Assembly (NCBI RefSeq): GCF_018977255.1
Contig: NW_024704742.1
Span: forward strand, 49,106,001-49,170,000
Length of the DNA stretch: 64,000 nt
Source of the DNA: Callorhinchus milii
Taxonomy: Eukaryota
Direction of reading: 5' to 3'
Shown here: one piece after another, positions 39,815-54,230 of the stretch
How the letters are laid out: each line of letters starts with the position of its first letter
Numbering within the stretch: position 1 is the stretch's first letter
Position numbers and translations under genes: made by a program
Notes under the pieces: model-generated
What the model saw: only the letters and a program-made list of their open reading frames with translations
What the model was told of the DNA's origin: nothing
Database searches by the model: none

Positions 39815-40132
39815 ATAAATAATAATAATAATAATGCTTGCATTTGCTATAGCGCCTGCTATAGTGTCTTTGAGACATCTCAAAGAGCTTCACAGAATAT
39901 ACTGTAAAGTGAATTGACTGTATATTTGTGGGCGAACGCGGCGGCCAATTGTGCACAGCAGTGTCCCACAAACAGTCGTGGATTGAAGTGACCAATTTTT
40001 TTTCTTTCTTTGAAGGATTATTATCAGGCATGTGGAGCAAGGAAACTTGCCCAAGGTTTCGCCCTGTCGGGAATTGAACCCAGGTCACTCGCTTGCGAGG
40101 CGAGTGCTCTAACCACTGAGCTACAGGACTCC
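39815..40132 (-). mobile_element. Full-length tRNA-derived SINE, subfamily B
   Basis: Head variant CTCGCCTCGCAAGCGAG...GGTTCAATTCCCG. Perfect 7-bp TSD TCAATTT at 39808-39814 and 40133-40139. Confidence 0.92.
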
Positions 40133-41429
40133 TCAATTTGTGCTTCAACAACAAAAGTCCAGGCTTTCAGAATCCTTCACATGCCCAGTGCCTGATCAGT
40201 GACATAGTGCAGTGTTTAATCATAGAATTGCAACATTAAAGGAGGCCATTTAATAATAATGTATATTTTTAGAAGTTTTACAGCACAAGGAAGACCATTT
40301 GACCCATTTGGGTCTATAATAACAATTCTAGTATTTGATATAGCACCTTTCATATGGAAGGACACCTCAATGCCCTTCACGGAATCCAGTCTAAATTGTA
40401 GTGACTGTGATTTTGTAGATGAACGAGGAAGCCAATTTGCACACTACAGTTTTCTGCAACCACCGTGAAGTGAATGGCCAATTCATTTTATGTGGGGGAC
40501 TACTATCGAGGACAATGGGAGAAATTCTCTTTTAGGCCACCTGAAAAGGCATTTGCCCCATCAGTGCTATCCTCCACCAGAGATAACTACTCTGATCCTA
40601 ATTCTGTACTCTTTTCTATATTTTTATTCAAATATGTATCAATGCCATTATAGTTTGATGCACTATCATTGATCAGTGACTAAGTAAATGTGATTACAGT
40701 TTAAACCTCAATAGTCACTTGTGGCAAACTGATTGACAAGGTTCCCTTCTCTATTCCCCAAAACAACCTTCTGCATGAAAAAGACCCTCTACACCTCCCC
40801 TCAAGTCTTAGTGACAGTCTAGCATTTGTTGTTGGTGGGGGGGGGGGGGGGCGGGGAAGTGCTGCCATGAGACAGACTTTGAAGGAGGCAGCCATCTCAA
40901 CTTTGGATAAATACTGGTGGATTTTGCTTTTGTACATTAGTCTAACAATAGAGCAAAGTTGCACAACAGTAACCAGAAGAGAATTGAAATTCATAACCTG
41001 TTGATGACCTTCAATAACTGAATAAAACACATTTGAAGGTACCCCTCCGAATCGGGAGTTTGAGAAAATATTAAAGTTCAAGGCCACCAAAAAGGACCCT
41101 GCTAGCAGATGTTTAAATGCAAACACCATGCGGTTTTAACTCAGTGACAGTGAAGCATCGGTTGATGGGGAGAAAAAAACCCAACTCATCCTATTCTATT
41201 GACTTGTGCCAGTTTTTGGGTGCAGATGCTTATGCACTGCTTGATCCAGCATTTGTTACTGCAAGCATCCAAGCAATAAAACAATAACAACAACTTGCAT
41301 TTATATAGCGCCCTTCACATGGGGTAGTGTGTCGGAGAGTTTTCCTAGAAACGTATGGACCTAAACATTTTAAACACAAGCTGGTTGACTTTGGACAAAC
41401 CTCTTTCCTGTTACATTCCTGACTTAATA

Positions 41430-41785
41430 CAACAACAACAACAACAAATTATGGGGAATCAGAGGAGTCGGGCCAGGGTGCGGGGGTAATAGGATAAGGG
41501 AGCCTGGTGCAGGAGAGGACACGAGCTGCAGAGTTCTGGATGATTTGCAGCTTATGGTTGGAAAAGTTGGGAAGGCCGACAAGCAGGGAGTTGGCATAGT
41601 CGAGCCTAGATGTAATAAATGTGTGGATGAGGGTTTTGGTGGCCTGCGGTGTGAGACAGTGGCAGCGCCGGGCGATGTTGCGGAGGTGGGGGAAGGCAGA
41701 GTGGGTCATGGCACGGATGTGGGGTAGAAAGGACAGTTGATGGTCAAACAAGACCCTAAGGTTCTGGACTGGCTTAGTGAGGTGG
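41430..41785 (-). mobile_element. L2-clade LINE fragment
   Basis: FDHQLSFLPHI...HLRNIAR...LIHTFITSRLDYANSLLVGLP...LQIIQNSAARVL. Confidence 0.88.
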
Positions 41786-44700
41786 ATTCAGCATTCGATA
41801 CAGAACATCCATCAGTACCACTGTCAGTTAAAACCTTTCCAAGATGCAGTTTTGTACCATCGGTTTCACTTTTCATTTACTACGATTTAAATTATAAATT
41901 ATAATTTATCATTATTGGTTGCCTCTCACAATGTGATCGTCAGCAAAAATGCGCATTTTGAGAAACTGTAGGGATCATTGGTCAGGTTTAGCTTTCAAAC
42001 TGGGCAGAAAACGTGTAATTTTAAAAAGGAAATACTATAAAACGTTGTATAGTAAAAGCTATCCAACGATGACAAAAACTGCAAGAATTAAGGGAGGGAT
42101 TGGTGAAAACAATGACCTCGGACAACCATTCTCATCACTGATTTGAAACAAAATATAAACCAATTTCCTGAAAAGAAGAAGCCATTTTCCTCTTCAATAA
42201 CTAACACAGCTAGGAGGGTTTTAACACCAAAAAACATTTGGAAAGCGATTTTTGTTTAAAAACTGCCACAGTATAATTAAATTAAACATTTCGTTATTTT
42301 CATTTCAATTCTTTTTGCGTTCCAATCAAAAAAAATCTGTTCTGATAAGGTCCTCCCTACGTGAAAGGAGCTATTCAAATGTAATCTTCTTGTTGTTGTT
42401 GTTATAGCCACAGCTATAATCTTAAAAGAACTGGCGTTTGCTTCATTAAGCATCTTGTTGTAGTCTTATCTATTTCAGACCACACATGCAGTTTCTGTAC
42501 TGAGAAGCTTCACGAGTTTTGATAGACTTTTTGGAAGGTAGAAATATACAGCTCACTTTTAAGTGAAAAAAATGGTCTGAAATGTCTGAAATTGAGGACA
42601 CCACATTGAGATGCTTAAAAACGCAAAGGCCAGTACAAATGTAGGCTTGTACAGACAAACGTTGCAAGACGTCGATGGCAATGGAACATGTACAGGAGTT
42701 GGCAATTCTACTCTTGAATAAAGTGAAGAATGCTGAACTTGCCCTTGCTGGGTTAATTGTGACCATCCTAATTTCATTTGTGAACAGAGAACAATTGAGA
42801 CCTGCTATTCAAATTGCAGCGCCTTTAGAAAATGACCAAAATGAATTAAAAAGGCAAAGTTTTTTTTATTTTATATTTGAAAGCCTGTCAGATTTTGCAC
42901 TGGAGAGGTAATCCAAAGCTCAAAGATTTAAAGCTCACATTCGTATTGAAAACAGAGGGCTTCTTTGTATTTAGTATGAAGGAAAAATAAAATCCCACAG
43001 AGGTATTTCCTTCCTTTCTGTACAAAAGCTTTCTCCCTCCCCCCCCTCAAACACTCTGTAGAAACCATTTTTGTTTCTAACTTTTCACATCCCTCCACAC
43101 ACAGGCAAATCATCTGGGAAACGGCAAAGCTATCCTTTTCAAATAATGCCGGTAACAGGAGCAGCCTGTTCTGGGGACAGGCCCCGACTGCCTCTGTGCG
43201 TAGTTTACAAATTGTTCCTAATGTGTGAGATTTGTAGCCCATGCCAAGTTTCTTCTCTGGGCCTTAGCCCCTTCAAATGGGTCCTGTCACAAAAGTAGCT
43301 CTCAGGGGGATTCACAAGGGATCAGAAATCAGAGTCACAAAGCTTGTTGCTTCGAAGGCCCAATAGGCCCCAGAGGGGAAACAACAAGTCTGTTGTCCAC
43401 GCAACATGACAGCTGCTCAGATTAGGAGTTTAGCTTTTTCAAAAAAAATTTTTATAAAGTTTTCTCAAACTGCCAGTGAAAATAGATGCCATTTTACAAT
43501 CTTTCTAAGTACAAATGGTTTTACGTCGCAGCATTGCGGTTTTTAAAATATATATTGTTTTACATATATTTTTATTAAAGTAACAGCATACAAGTCTGTT
43601 GCAGGAAACTGCACTTCAAAATTCTTCGGTATGACATTTACAAGGATGACAAAATGGCCTAAAGTTTAACGTTTCAACTAGATCAGTTCATGTGAAGGAG
43701 CACATTGAATTTAGCCCTCACTACTAACTCCTGTTTTATCCCAGCTGAAAAGTTGTCCAATGGGAACAAAATAGTTTATTTTCCTCGGCCTTTAACACAT
43801 ATTATGTTAAGATGCAAATTCTACAGTAATCCTGAAGTGTGCCAAATGCAATGGATGACTCCTAACCTTGTATGTTTATGTGGCATTGATGTGCACAAAT
43901 TGGCTGCAGTATTTGCCTACAAAATACAGTCACTACACTTTACATTAAATCCAATGAAAGGTTCACATCCTCCTGAGATGAAAGGTGCTATATAAAATGC
44001 AAGGAATTACTATTATTTATTCTGACAGGTGATGGTCTGTTGTAAATCGGAGCTTTTTTTTATTACTTCAGTCTATCGGTGCTTTGAAAATCTTTTTCTT
44101 TCAAAATACAAAATGCCTTTGCTATTAGAAACCAATCCTCACAAATGTCAGCAGCACAAAAGTTGGGGGATAATAAATTTGCTTTGTCGTGTGAATACTG
44201 AGAACTTTAATCCTAAGCACTACATTACACATAAAATATCCTTTGGGCTCTTAGCAGACAGCAGCCAACACCCACAACTCTCAATTTTTGTAACGTTGTG
44301 AATTATATTCTTTAGCCTAGAGAGGGTGACTGACTCACAGAATTAGATAAACCCATTCCCTACAGAGAAAACTTTCCTGAAAATCATGCATATGTTAACC
44401 ATGTTATGAGAACTGCTGCAGAACTCATTACCACATTAACTGCGTGATACCAACTATTGTGGCAGCTACTTCATAATTGATGCATGACTCGGGAGTCAGG
44501 GGGAGAATCTAAGCTTACTGCACTCCTCAGACTGAAAACAATTTAATTACTGATTTTATGATATCCTGTGCAATTCAAACCAGTTTTTGCAAAGTTAAAA
44601 AAAAGCATAATTTTTTGAAATGAGCTAAACGTTGGTCAAACTTTAATTAACTAGAATAAACGCAACACTGCAACGTTCTTACTTGATTACCTTTCACAGA

Positions 44701-45634
44701 TCTCCTTGATCAGAATCAAGAGCTAAGAGTTGGGAGGCAACATCAGTTTATAGTTTGATGCATTTAGAAAGCGATCTTAACAATTTTAAGCGTCCAGCAC
44801 TGAACAAAATGAACACAGTGCTTAAAATGTACTTCAACGCAAAAGAGAAAATGCTAACATAAACGATGATAATTTTACAATACGTTTGAAGGTACTGTAA
44901 CTTTGAAAACTATCCTTCTTTGCTTCTTAGGGGAACAAACATGAGGGGAAAACTAATGTTGCTCCACAATAAGGATGCCTGTGGTGGTTTGGTTGGGGGT
45001 GGCCAATTTTGTCCCACAACCACATCTCCGTTCCACCCAGCAGGACTCCCCAGCCTTAACGCACACCTCAGCCTCGCTGAAGCAGGTGGATTGGCATATT
45101 AGAACCTGAAGCTGCAGGCATCTGGTCAGAAAGGTAAAAGCTCCTTTGCTGTGGCTGTTGATGGTTTCAAATTAAAACTGCAATCTCCTTGACAGAACGT
45201 AAATATTACTAGAAAAAGTATTCTTTGAAGCAGAATTTACTTGAACAAATATTTGAGGATTAACTCAATGACTTTTTTCTTTTAGATTTCAGGTAGGTTC
45301 TTCATTCCCTTCAAATATTGCTGCAAAAACATCCGAGTCTGGGGAACTGGAGTGCAATATGCTCTACTTACTACCAGCCATTCACTTCTTGGCTGTTTGT
45401 GGGACCTTGCTCCGTGTTTAAACTGATTGTCACGTTTGCCTACAAATGCAGACATCTGCAAAACTTTGAGATGTTGTGATGCTCATAGGCTCTATTACCA
45501 AATGCAAGTTATTGCAATGACCAACCTGTTGAGGACTTAATAAGAAATCCCATTACAAGTGCAAAATGAAGTTTGTTAGCATTAGCTTACCTAGAAAAGG
45601 ATCCACACATACACCTAAAAGCCACACCTATTAC

Positions 45635-45665
<31 letters not shown>

Positions 45666-48600
45666 AACAAACACACACACATACAGCGTGCAACAGCTAT
45701 TGGCTAGCATTAGTGTCAATACAGTGCTGGTCATGTAAAGCAATTCGCTAGACCCATTACAACTGTACCAACAATTCTGGTCCCTTATTCGCGTAGTCTG
45801 TGACAATCATCTCAAGTGCTGTAAGTTGATTGAAAGCTTAAAGTTGCAGTAGGACAATGTCCTTGTTGTCTATGTCTGTGCTGATGATAAGGAAGAGTAT
45901 AGTAAAGGACTGAAGCCTATTTTGATGGTTCCACTGGCCTTCATAATGTAGATTTAATTAGCCAACCTCTTATATCTCTTCCGTATGAAGAGAAAACGTC
46001 CGTGAAAAAAGGGTTTTCTCAAATGTGGAAATGTACAGAAATAAGTGAAAACCATTTAAGATGTGTATATGTGCAATGTGCATATTTGCAAAAAAATTAG
46101 TCACTCAATCCATGACTGTTTGTGGAACACTAACAGTCTGTGCACAAATGGCTGCTGGTTTCGTCCACAAAATACAGTCAATCCAATATATAATATATTC
46201 TGTGAAGCGCTTTGAGAAGTCTCAACGATGTGATAATCGTTATAACAAATGCAAGGATTATTATTATGTTTATATTTCCTTTATTTTTTATATTATTAAA
46301 TATTTTAGGAAAAAGCAGTACTGCAGCCACTGGTTAAACTGCACACTGAGGCCAACAAAATGTTTTTGTGAACCAAAGATCCTTTAGTCTATCAAAAAAC
46401 CTGATGTCCTCCTCTTTTTATTTGATGTGTTATAGCCAGTTATTTTGTGCTTAATGAAATAGACTTTTATTAATAATTACTACTTTACTGCAACAATCTG
46501 AAAACCCAATTAGGGCTGAATCAATTCTTTCTTGTTCCTTCCAGCTGCCATCATATGAAACCTCTCTTGTTCAGCAGGAAAAGAAATACAGACATCTAAA
46601 ACTTGGATCTTAAATCACTGCAAGAGTCTGGCAATGCAGGTCAGTGTTTTCTCGTGAAATAAATAAGAAATTGGAAGCGATAGCAGGGTGGAACTTATTT
46701 TTTGAAAATACCATTTTAGTTATTTCTGCAGGTATAGTTTATTTCTGTGGTAGTACTGCTGTTTTTTTAAAACTCTCCCCCTTCTCCCCCAAGGGGGGGG
46801 GGGTGGGGTGTTTGCATGTCCTTTCGCTCCGCTACAACCTGCAAAGGGTACTCAAGCCTCAAACAGTTAAGCACTTCACTAAACAAGACTGAAAAGACAA
46901 GGGCGAGCCTGGTGTGTGTGATTTCAGAACAATGGGCTGCCTGCCTGCCTGCCTGCAGCTGTTGCAAACCAAGAATAGTATCAGAGTGCTGACTTCACAA
47001 AAATGGTGACAGCAAGCCATCAGACAAATCCATCCAATCGCCTGCACATCTTCAGCAACACTTATTTGCTCATTCCCACCAGTGGTGCTATGGACTTTTG
47101 TTTAGTTTTGCTGTTGCAAGCTTTGTTTTGATCTTTGTTTCACCCACAAAATACACAGTCAATTCACTTTATAGTATATTCTGTGAAGCGCTTTGAGACG
47201 TGTCATTGACTCGATAAGGCGCTATAGCAAATGCAAGGATTATTATTATTACATTTTCAACTTCCCCTGTGCGATAACATCACAAGTGTGATCGACAGAG
47301 AGAAGAGTCCCGCTGATCAAATTAAGCCTTTTCACCAGCAGGCGGATACGTGAAAAAGCACGTTTTAATCCTGCATTCGCTCTACAACTTTGGCAGCGAT
47401 TCGTTGCCAAACGGGGGCCAGGAAACGTGAACTGCACGAGAAGTGAACTCGCGATCACAACTGGGGCAGATGATTTCAAAGGTGGTCCAATTGACACAGA
47501 CGCAGTATAAATTGCATCTTACATTTGGAGATCTCAGGAATTTATTTCAGCATCTGTTTTTCTGATGTTATCTGCTCTATTAATATATATAAACAAAATT
47601 ATTTTAATGCTCCGTGCGAAATGCCAAAGTGCACATGCACAGAACACAAAGTTTTTTTTTCCGGGCCATAATTCAAACCATGTATAAAATAGCTTTCCCA
47701 CTCCACGTCCTTGTACTGACAGGAATCACATGCTTGTACACAATTCAGCAAAAGCGAAAATCCAATAGCGTTGAAGATAAATTACAGCGACAACAAATTA
47801 ACCCAAACTGTGGAGTATTTACATGAACAGGTCAAATAGAAATTAGCTGATATCATCTGATAAAACCTAATGCTGGATAAAGCCATTACCATAAGTGGAA
47901 AAGGGCTAAATTAATAATAAAGTAATTTGCAAAGTCAATGGAAATCTGTGAAAATGTGGATTAAAATCGGATTGGTTCCACAGAAATCAGCGGGCCAAAG
48001 TGCTCACGTATGTATTTCACCCATTTTCTCCAAATTAGAAAAGCACAAGCTGTAGATTACGTTCACCTGCAATTATTTTGCAGACTTGTGAGCTGCACAT
48101 CTACATGAAACATCATCATTTGAATCATGGTCTATGGTGTATGGGATTACCTGGTGTATGGAAAGCCCTCCCAGGATTAGGGAGGTTACAATCAGCCAGG
48201 TTTACTGTTTCTGGTCCCTCTCCAGCACCCTCTGCTGCTTGCGCGGATGTGTGGCAGCCGGGTGGCAAAACCAGGCTGTGATACCCTTTACAGTCGAGTG
48301 TTTTGCCAACACTTAAATAATAATCGTTGACTTTGATGTAGCACCTTATCACATCGTCGAGACGTCCCAAAGCACTTCACAAGATTTTTGGTTTACTGTG
48401 GAGTATAGTGACTGGGTATTTGTAGGCTATTGCAGCAGTGAAGTTCCGCAATGTCCCACAAGTAGCTACGAAGTGAAACACCAATTTTATTTGGCGGATT
48501 ATTGGTCAGGACATTGGGAGAAACTCACTTCGTGTAGAATGTTTAACTTAATCAAATTCTTTGGCAATTTAGCAGAGTTGTTATTAATCTTACATATATT

Positions 48601-48977
48601 CCAATGTCTAGCCAAGCAAAGCACTTTATGGTTGATGTGCACTTATAATGACTGAACTTCAAGCAAAGCTATCTACCTAACACTTTGGTTAAACCTTTAA
48701 CTTTCATGACCACCAGATAATTGGATTATAAAGTTCTTTAAATTACTTTGAAGTTTGGAAATGTGGATAAAAGTTTGCTTCACAACTGGGTGACTACAGA
48801 TCCTTATCTGATTTACAAGACAATCATGAACAACGGGAAAACACGCAGCACAAAAACAGAACTGTACAGGTAAAATGCAACAGATATGTACTAATCTTAC
48901 ATATTAATTGCACAGGGCTACCGTTTTGGACCTTTATCTTTCAGCAATGTTCAAAATATCAAATCACATGCAATTAC

Positions 48978-49085
48978 CTGTCCAACGATGTCAGAAGCTA
49001 TTGAAAATGTAGGCCACATTACTGAGTAGATTCCAAAAAACAGCAACCATATTAAGATGCTGCCCCAGATAGCCACGTGACTGAA
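48978..49085 (-). CDS. atp8a1: ATP8A1 internal exon (108 nt)
   Basis: cgtcag|TTC...CAG|gtaatt. Encodes [36 protein letters not shown]. Phase 0/0. Confidence 0.95.
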
Positions 49086-49185
49086 CTGACGGAGAAAAAA
49101 AAATCAAGAATTAGTTTGGGAATAGATTTTTCCAATCATATATACTCTCCTGAACCCCCACCCCTCCCAATCCTCTTTCCTTTAT

Positions 49186-49272
49186 CTCCCATGTGTAGAT
49201 TCCTTTTCCCCCATGTGTCTATTGCCTTTCCCCCCATGTATCTATTGCCTTCTTCCCATGTATCTATTCACT
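49186..49272 (+). repeat. ~23-bp minisatellite, ~4 units
   Basis: CCCATGTRTCTATTGCCTTT-like units ~100 bp upstream (in transcript sense) of an atp8a1 acceptor. Confidence 0.75.
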
Positions 49273-52200
49273 TACACACTGCCCCACCACCACCACTCAT
49301 GTATGCATCCACTTTCAACTCATAAATGCTAGATCATATTGGTGCAACATAATTCTTAAGACATACAATAGAATCAGTTACTTTTTGTTTTGGATGGAGA
49401 AGCAAACCTGGAATCTTCCAACTGCCTGAGAATAGGCAGAAAGCACAGGGAAAACATTGTATATGGTTGTTTTAAGACAAACCCTCTTGTATAACTGTGG
49501 TTCCAGGAGCCACCTGGAAAGCAAGGGTGTTAAGGAATACAGACGAAAAGTGGAAAATAGGCTTAAAAGATTATCCATGATTTAATATCATGGTAGGTCA
49601 GGTTCGATGTTTCATTGATGTCTTGGTATGACCTTTGGTGACTCAGAGATCAATATAAAGGTGGAAGGCTCACAATACACATACAGATAATTAGGAGAGA
49701 ACATCCGACTGGAAAACCTGCTGAGCAGGTTCTGAACAAAACAGGTGGTGCCTCTCATTTGTCAGTGAGGTGGTAGTGTCAAAACATGGATAAATCGAAC
49801 TTCTGACATATACACAGTGGAAGGTGAAATCTTCTGAGAAGTAATCTTTTCCACCAGGAATTCTGTGTACGTGGTCCATATCCACCTGATAAGCACACGT
49901 AAATTTCTTAAGCGGACATCAGTACATAACTATGGGGAGGGGCGGGGGGTGGGTGGGGTTGAGCAGGGAGGTTGAAGATGGAATTGAAATCTCTCTGCTG
50001 TTCAATTTGCTTGGAGGAGATACACTGGCCAACTTAGAAAAATTAGACTTGAAAGACTTTGTTGATAGTTGACTAACGAATGTGGCTCAACAATGAAACT
50101 TGGAGTTGTAGATATCTCCTCCACCATGGAAGCCAAAGACCTAACAAGGTGCTCTAGCTGACAAGTACCATGAAATGTACCAGTACTGGCAACTTGCAAG
50201 TTACCATTTTATCCATTGGAAAGCTGGGAACTCTCAATAACATTGGAGATGTATGAAAGCTATTCACACGTGCTGGGTGCTCGGTTGAAATGAATTCTTG
50301 AACCCCCTTCGCTTCCTCAGCTGAGCTAAGCTAACTCAGCACAAAATTGGAATTGAATCTACCAAATAAGTCACTGGGGAAGCTTTTAATTTGTCTTGAA
50401 ACAAAGTCATTAGTTATTATCAGGTTTCAGAATGTCAATGTTGGAGACCGGACGGAATACATTCTCCATATTTGGCACCCAGCATCAATGTTTAGGCCAG
50501 ATGCAGAGTAGGATTCTTGTCCCAAACACTGTGCTTTAACCTTGAACTTTGAGGGACGTCCTCCACTCCACCAGCATCATTTCTTGCACCATCCCACCTT
50601 GTGGCTGGCAGCCCCATGGCCTGCTCTCAGACTTGCTAATGCCCCCTGTAATAGCCATGTACTACTCAGATAGCGCTTTCTCTTCTGACCTTCCCTCCCT
50701 GCTGCATGGAGCTGCCACAGTCTCCATCCATGCTGAGGAAACTGTTAAACTTTCCTTAACATGAAAAATGATGAATTAGGGCATTTAGACCAAGAAACAT
50801 AAGCAGTCTTCAAGGGTAGAGTATTCATGTGAGTTGCATGAAGCCAGAAAGTTTTAGCTGGTTTAGCTGGGAAAAACAACTAAAAGGAATAGCCCAAGGG
50901 TGGCTATATACACTGCAGGAAGGCAAAAGTTCATGTGACATGCATACAGCTCCAACATCTTAAAGGGACAGCATCCCTAAGGTTTCCTCCACACAACTCC
51001 ATTGACAAGCAAGAACTATTCAGTAATATGTGAGCAATAGAAAATGACAAAGGACAACCTTTCTGAAGCAGGTCGAGGAAGCTGTTGTGATTGAGTGGAA
51101 TTACTCTTGACTTTTTATGGTGGTAATTTAGAATATATTCAACCAAACATTTAGTTAATGGGAAAAGAAAGTCTAAAGGGAGTATGTTCGATTCAGAGTA
51201 CTCCCCCCTGCCGGCTATCCAGCTGTACTAGAAAATAATAGAGGTATTAATATATTTATTACTGCTGGCAAAATATCATTGAGTTTCAAAGACTGTGGGC
51301 CACAACAATTGTGGGTCTCCTCTCCATTTAGGCTGCTCGGATCACATCACTGACAGAGCAATCCCGAGCAACTTATTGACTTCCATGGGGTACATATTTC
51401 AGACTGCCTTGGGGAGTGTTTCCCATTCACCTGGGAGGTGATGTATTAACCCTGGAAAAAGCATGATCTCGACAAGGAAGCAGGATCAGCTGAGGTGTGG
51501 AAGCCTGATACGACCAATCATTACACTTACCAAATCTGGAGGATACCTACTTTGTCAGGAGTAATATTTACAATATTCATACAGTATTACTTAAATAGTT
51601 GGGGGTACGGAAAAGAGGTGGCGTACTTTGAATATGCTGAGATCAAGCACACGCCCGATAGACTGCATTGCTGAACATTTCCATTAACATTATCCCCAAC
51701 TCTATGAAGCTTGCCATTCCAGTTCTCATCTCTCTGCACTTACTTTCTTTCATCTACTATCCAACCAAGCCCACAGCAAAAGTATCTTATCTTTTTCTTA
51801 GACACCATTCAGGCAGGAAGCTTGTATATTGACCTCAATATTTCCAAAACAATCTCCCAGCACAGCACTTAGGTTTGCTTCCCCCCACTCGGCCACTTCA
51901 TTTTAAACTCAGTTGGCCTACAATTTCATAAGTTCCAAAACACGTTTCCTGAATAAAATAATACCAATCCTTGCATTTGAACAGAGCATTTAATGTCAGT
52001 AAGAGTCCCAAAGCACTACACGGGATATACTGTGAAGTTTATTGAGTGTGTATTTGGTAGGGAAACACAGCAGCCAATTTATGCACAGCAAAATCTCACA
52101 AACAGCCCTGCAGTGAGAACCAATTTTATTTGGGGGATTGTTGGCCAGCACACTGGGAGAAACTCCCTTCATTTTTCAAATAGCGCAATGGGATCTTTAA

Positions 52201-53099
52201 CATCCACCTGAACAAGCAGACAGGCCTTCATTTACCATCTCATCTAAAGGATGAGATTTACGAGATAAATCTTCTGTTCACAGCATTTCACTATCTCTTG
52301 ATGACCCAGGCAGCTGTTTCTTGATGTAATCATTTTACACCTTTCTAAAGATGTTTTGGTGCCTTTCTCTTCTTTATTCTATTCAGGGCTCCTCCAGGTC
52401 CATCATTTTAGTTCTATTGAAGGGTTATACCCAAAACTTTTACTTCTCTGTTTTAGATACTAACTGATTCTCTGTATATTTTCAGCCTTCTGTTTTTATT
52501 TCAAGCCAGTTTGTGTACTAAGACTGATCTACAATTCTGGAGTGTAGTGCAATACTTTTTGCTGAAAGCACTATAAGTAAAACAACAGTTATTCTATGCA
52601 GCAAGCTGCTCTCACGTAACCTCAGTGGTTCAATGGGAGGGCAAGTTATGTAAAATAAATTATAATCCATGCTAGGGCAATAGGGAGGAATATGGGATTT
52701 CCATGCTTCTTTCATAAAAGTGACATGAAAGGGCATCTTCCGATTGAATGACCACCATTAGTCATATAAAATAGCAATAGGCTTAAGTTCTTCAGAGAGT
52801 AAACACTGTAAGTACCCAAGAATTAATGAAATCTAACAGGTGGAGAAGTTCAAAAAGAAAAATCTGCACATGCTGGAAATTTGAAACAAAAGCTAAACAC
52901 TGGAAATCCGCAGCAGGTCAGTCAGAGTCTGACAGAGAAAGATAGGTTACTTTGATGGATACACTGTAAATTTACAGAATTTCAGGGTCAGTTTCTGGTG
53001 GAAATGTTCAAAGTTATATTAAATTGTTATTTTTTAAAGTTGCTGTTATACCTTGATAAATGCCTAACCAGATTCAACAATGGTATATTGATTAATAGA

Positions 53100-54230
53100 A
53101 ATTGCATTTTAGGAGCAGGCCATCTGGTTCGTCTACCCTAAACAGTGCTAGTTCATTCAACAAGTTGCATTTATATAGCACTCTTCACGTGGGGCAGCAT
53201 CTCTGAGTGCTTGGATTCACTGTAGAGAATCATTCTAATCCCAATTCTTTGCTCTCTCTTTTATATTCTTCCTGCTGAAATATCTATCCAATTCCCTTTA
53301 AATATTGTTATGGCCTCTGCCTCAATAGCTATTGAGCCTCAAAAACACTGCATATTCCGATCACCCTCTGTGTGAACCAGTTTTCTCCTCAAAACTCTTC
53401 CAGTGACATTCCTGAGCTCCCCATTACCTTTTTAAAAATAATCTGTCACTATCTATCATTTCAAAACATTTCAGAATTTGCAAATCTTCTACCAGCTTCT
53501 TAATTACCCCATTCTGCTCCACTGGAACACTCAATTTGTGAGCCTTTTCTCGCAACTACAGCCCTTCCACCCTGCTATCATCCAAGTGAACCTAAGTTCT
53601 GATATCCGATCTGGAAATGAAGCGCTCAAAACTATGTAGTATCCTGCTATGATCTAACCAATACGTGGTTTAAACATAACATAATTTCCTTACTTTTATA
53701 TTGAGTGCTTCAAACATGTAAAACCTAGAATTCCATATCCTTTTTAAAGGCCCCTATTACCTGCAGTCCCACCTTTAAAGATATATGTATTTGCCCTTTT
53801 ATATCTATATTATTGAGAACTATACCACTTAGGGTATACTTCCTTTCTTTCATCTTTCTCCCAAAATATGCTACTTAACATTTTTCAGCAAAAAACTGCA
53901 TCTGCCATTTAACAAACCACTCTGTCACACAGTCAAATCTTCTTGTAATTTCCTGCATTCTTCTTCCAAGATTGCTATATCCCTGATTTGGTATCATCAG
54001 CAAATTTTGAAAGTGATACCCCTGCATGTTAACCTGAAAACCATTAATATAAATGGAAAACAATAGAGGTCTCAGGTCAGATCTCTGGGGCATGTCACTA
54101 TCACATCCAGTTAATTTGAGAAATATGCTCTTACCTCTAGTATATCCTGCTTTCTATCTTTCACTGCCATCAATATACCTTCAGTGCCACGTGTCTTCAT
54201 TTTTTCAACCCCAATAGTCTATTACGTGTC
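53100..54230 (-). mobile_element. Decayed CR1-clade LINE fragment
   Basis: The - strand gives PQRSDLRPLLFSIYIN (cf. GVPQGSVLGPLLF.IYIN) and W..KWQMQF..EKC. Many stops and frameshifts. Confidence 0.75.

Noticed and set aside
42470..42911. Overlapping 72-98 aa ORFs in an atp8a1 intron
   Set aside because: No recognisable domain or splice context. The atp8a1 exon chain is already complete and in phase without them.
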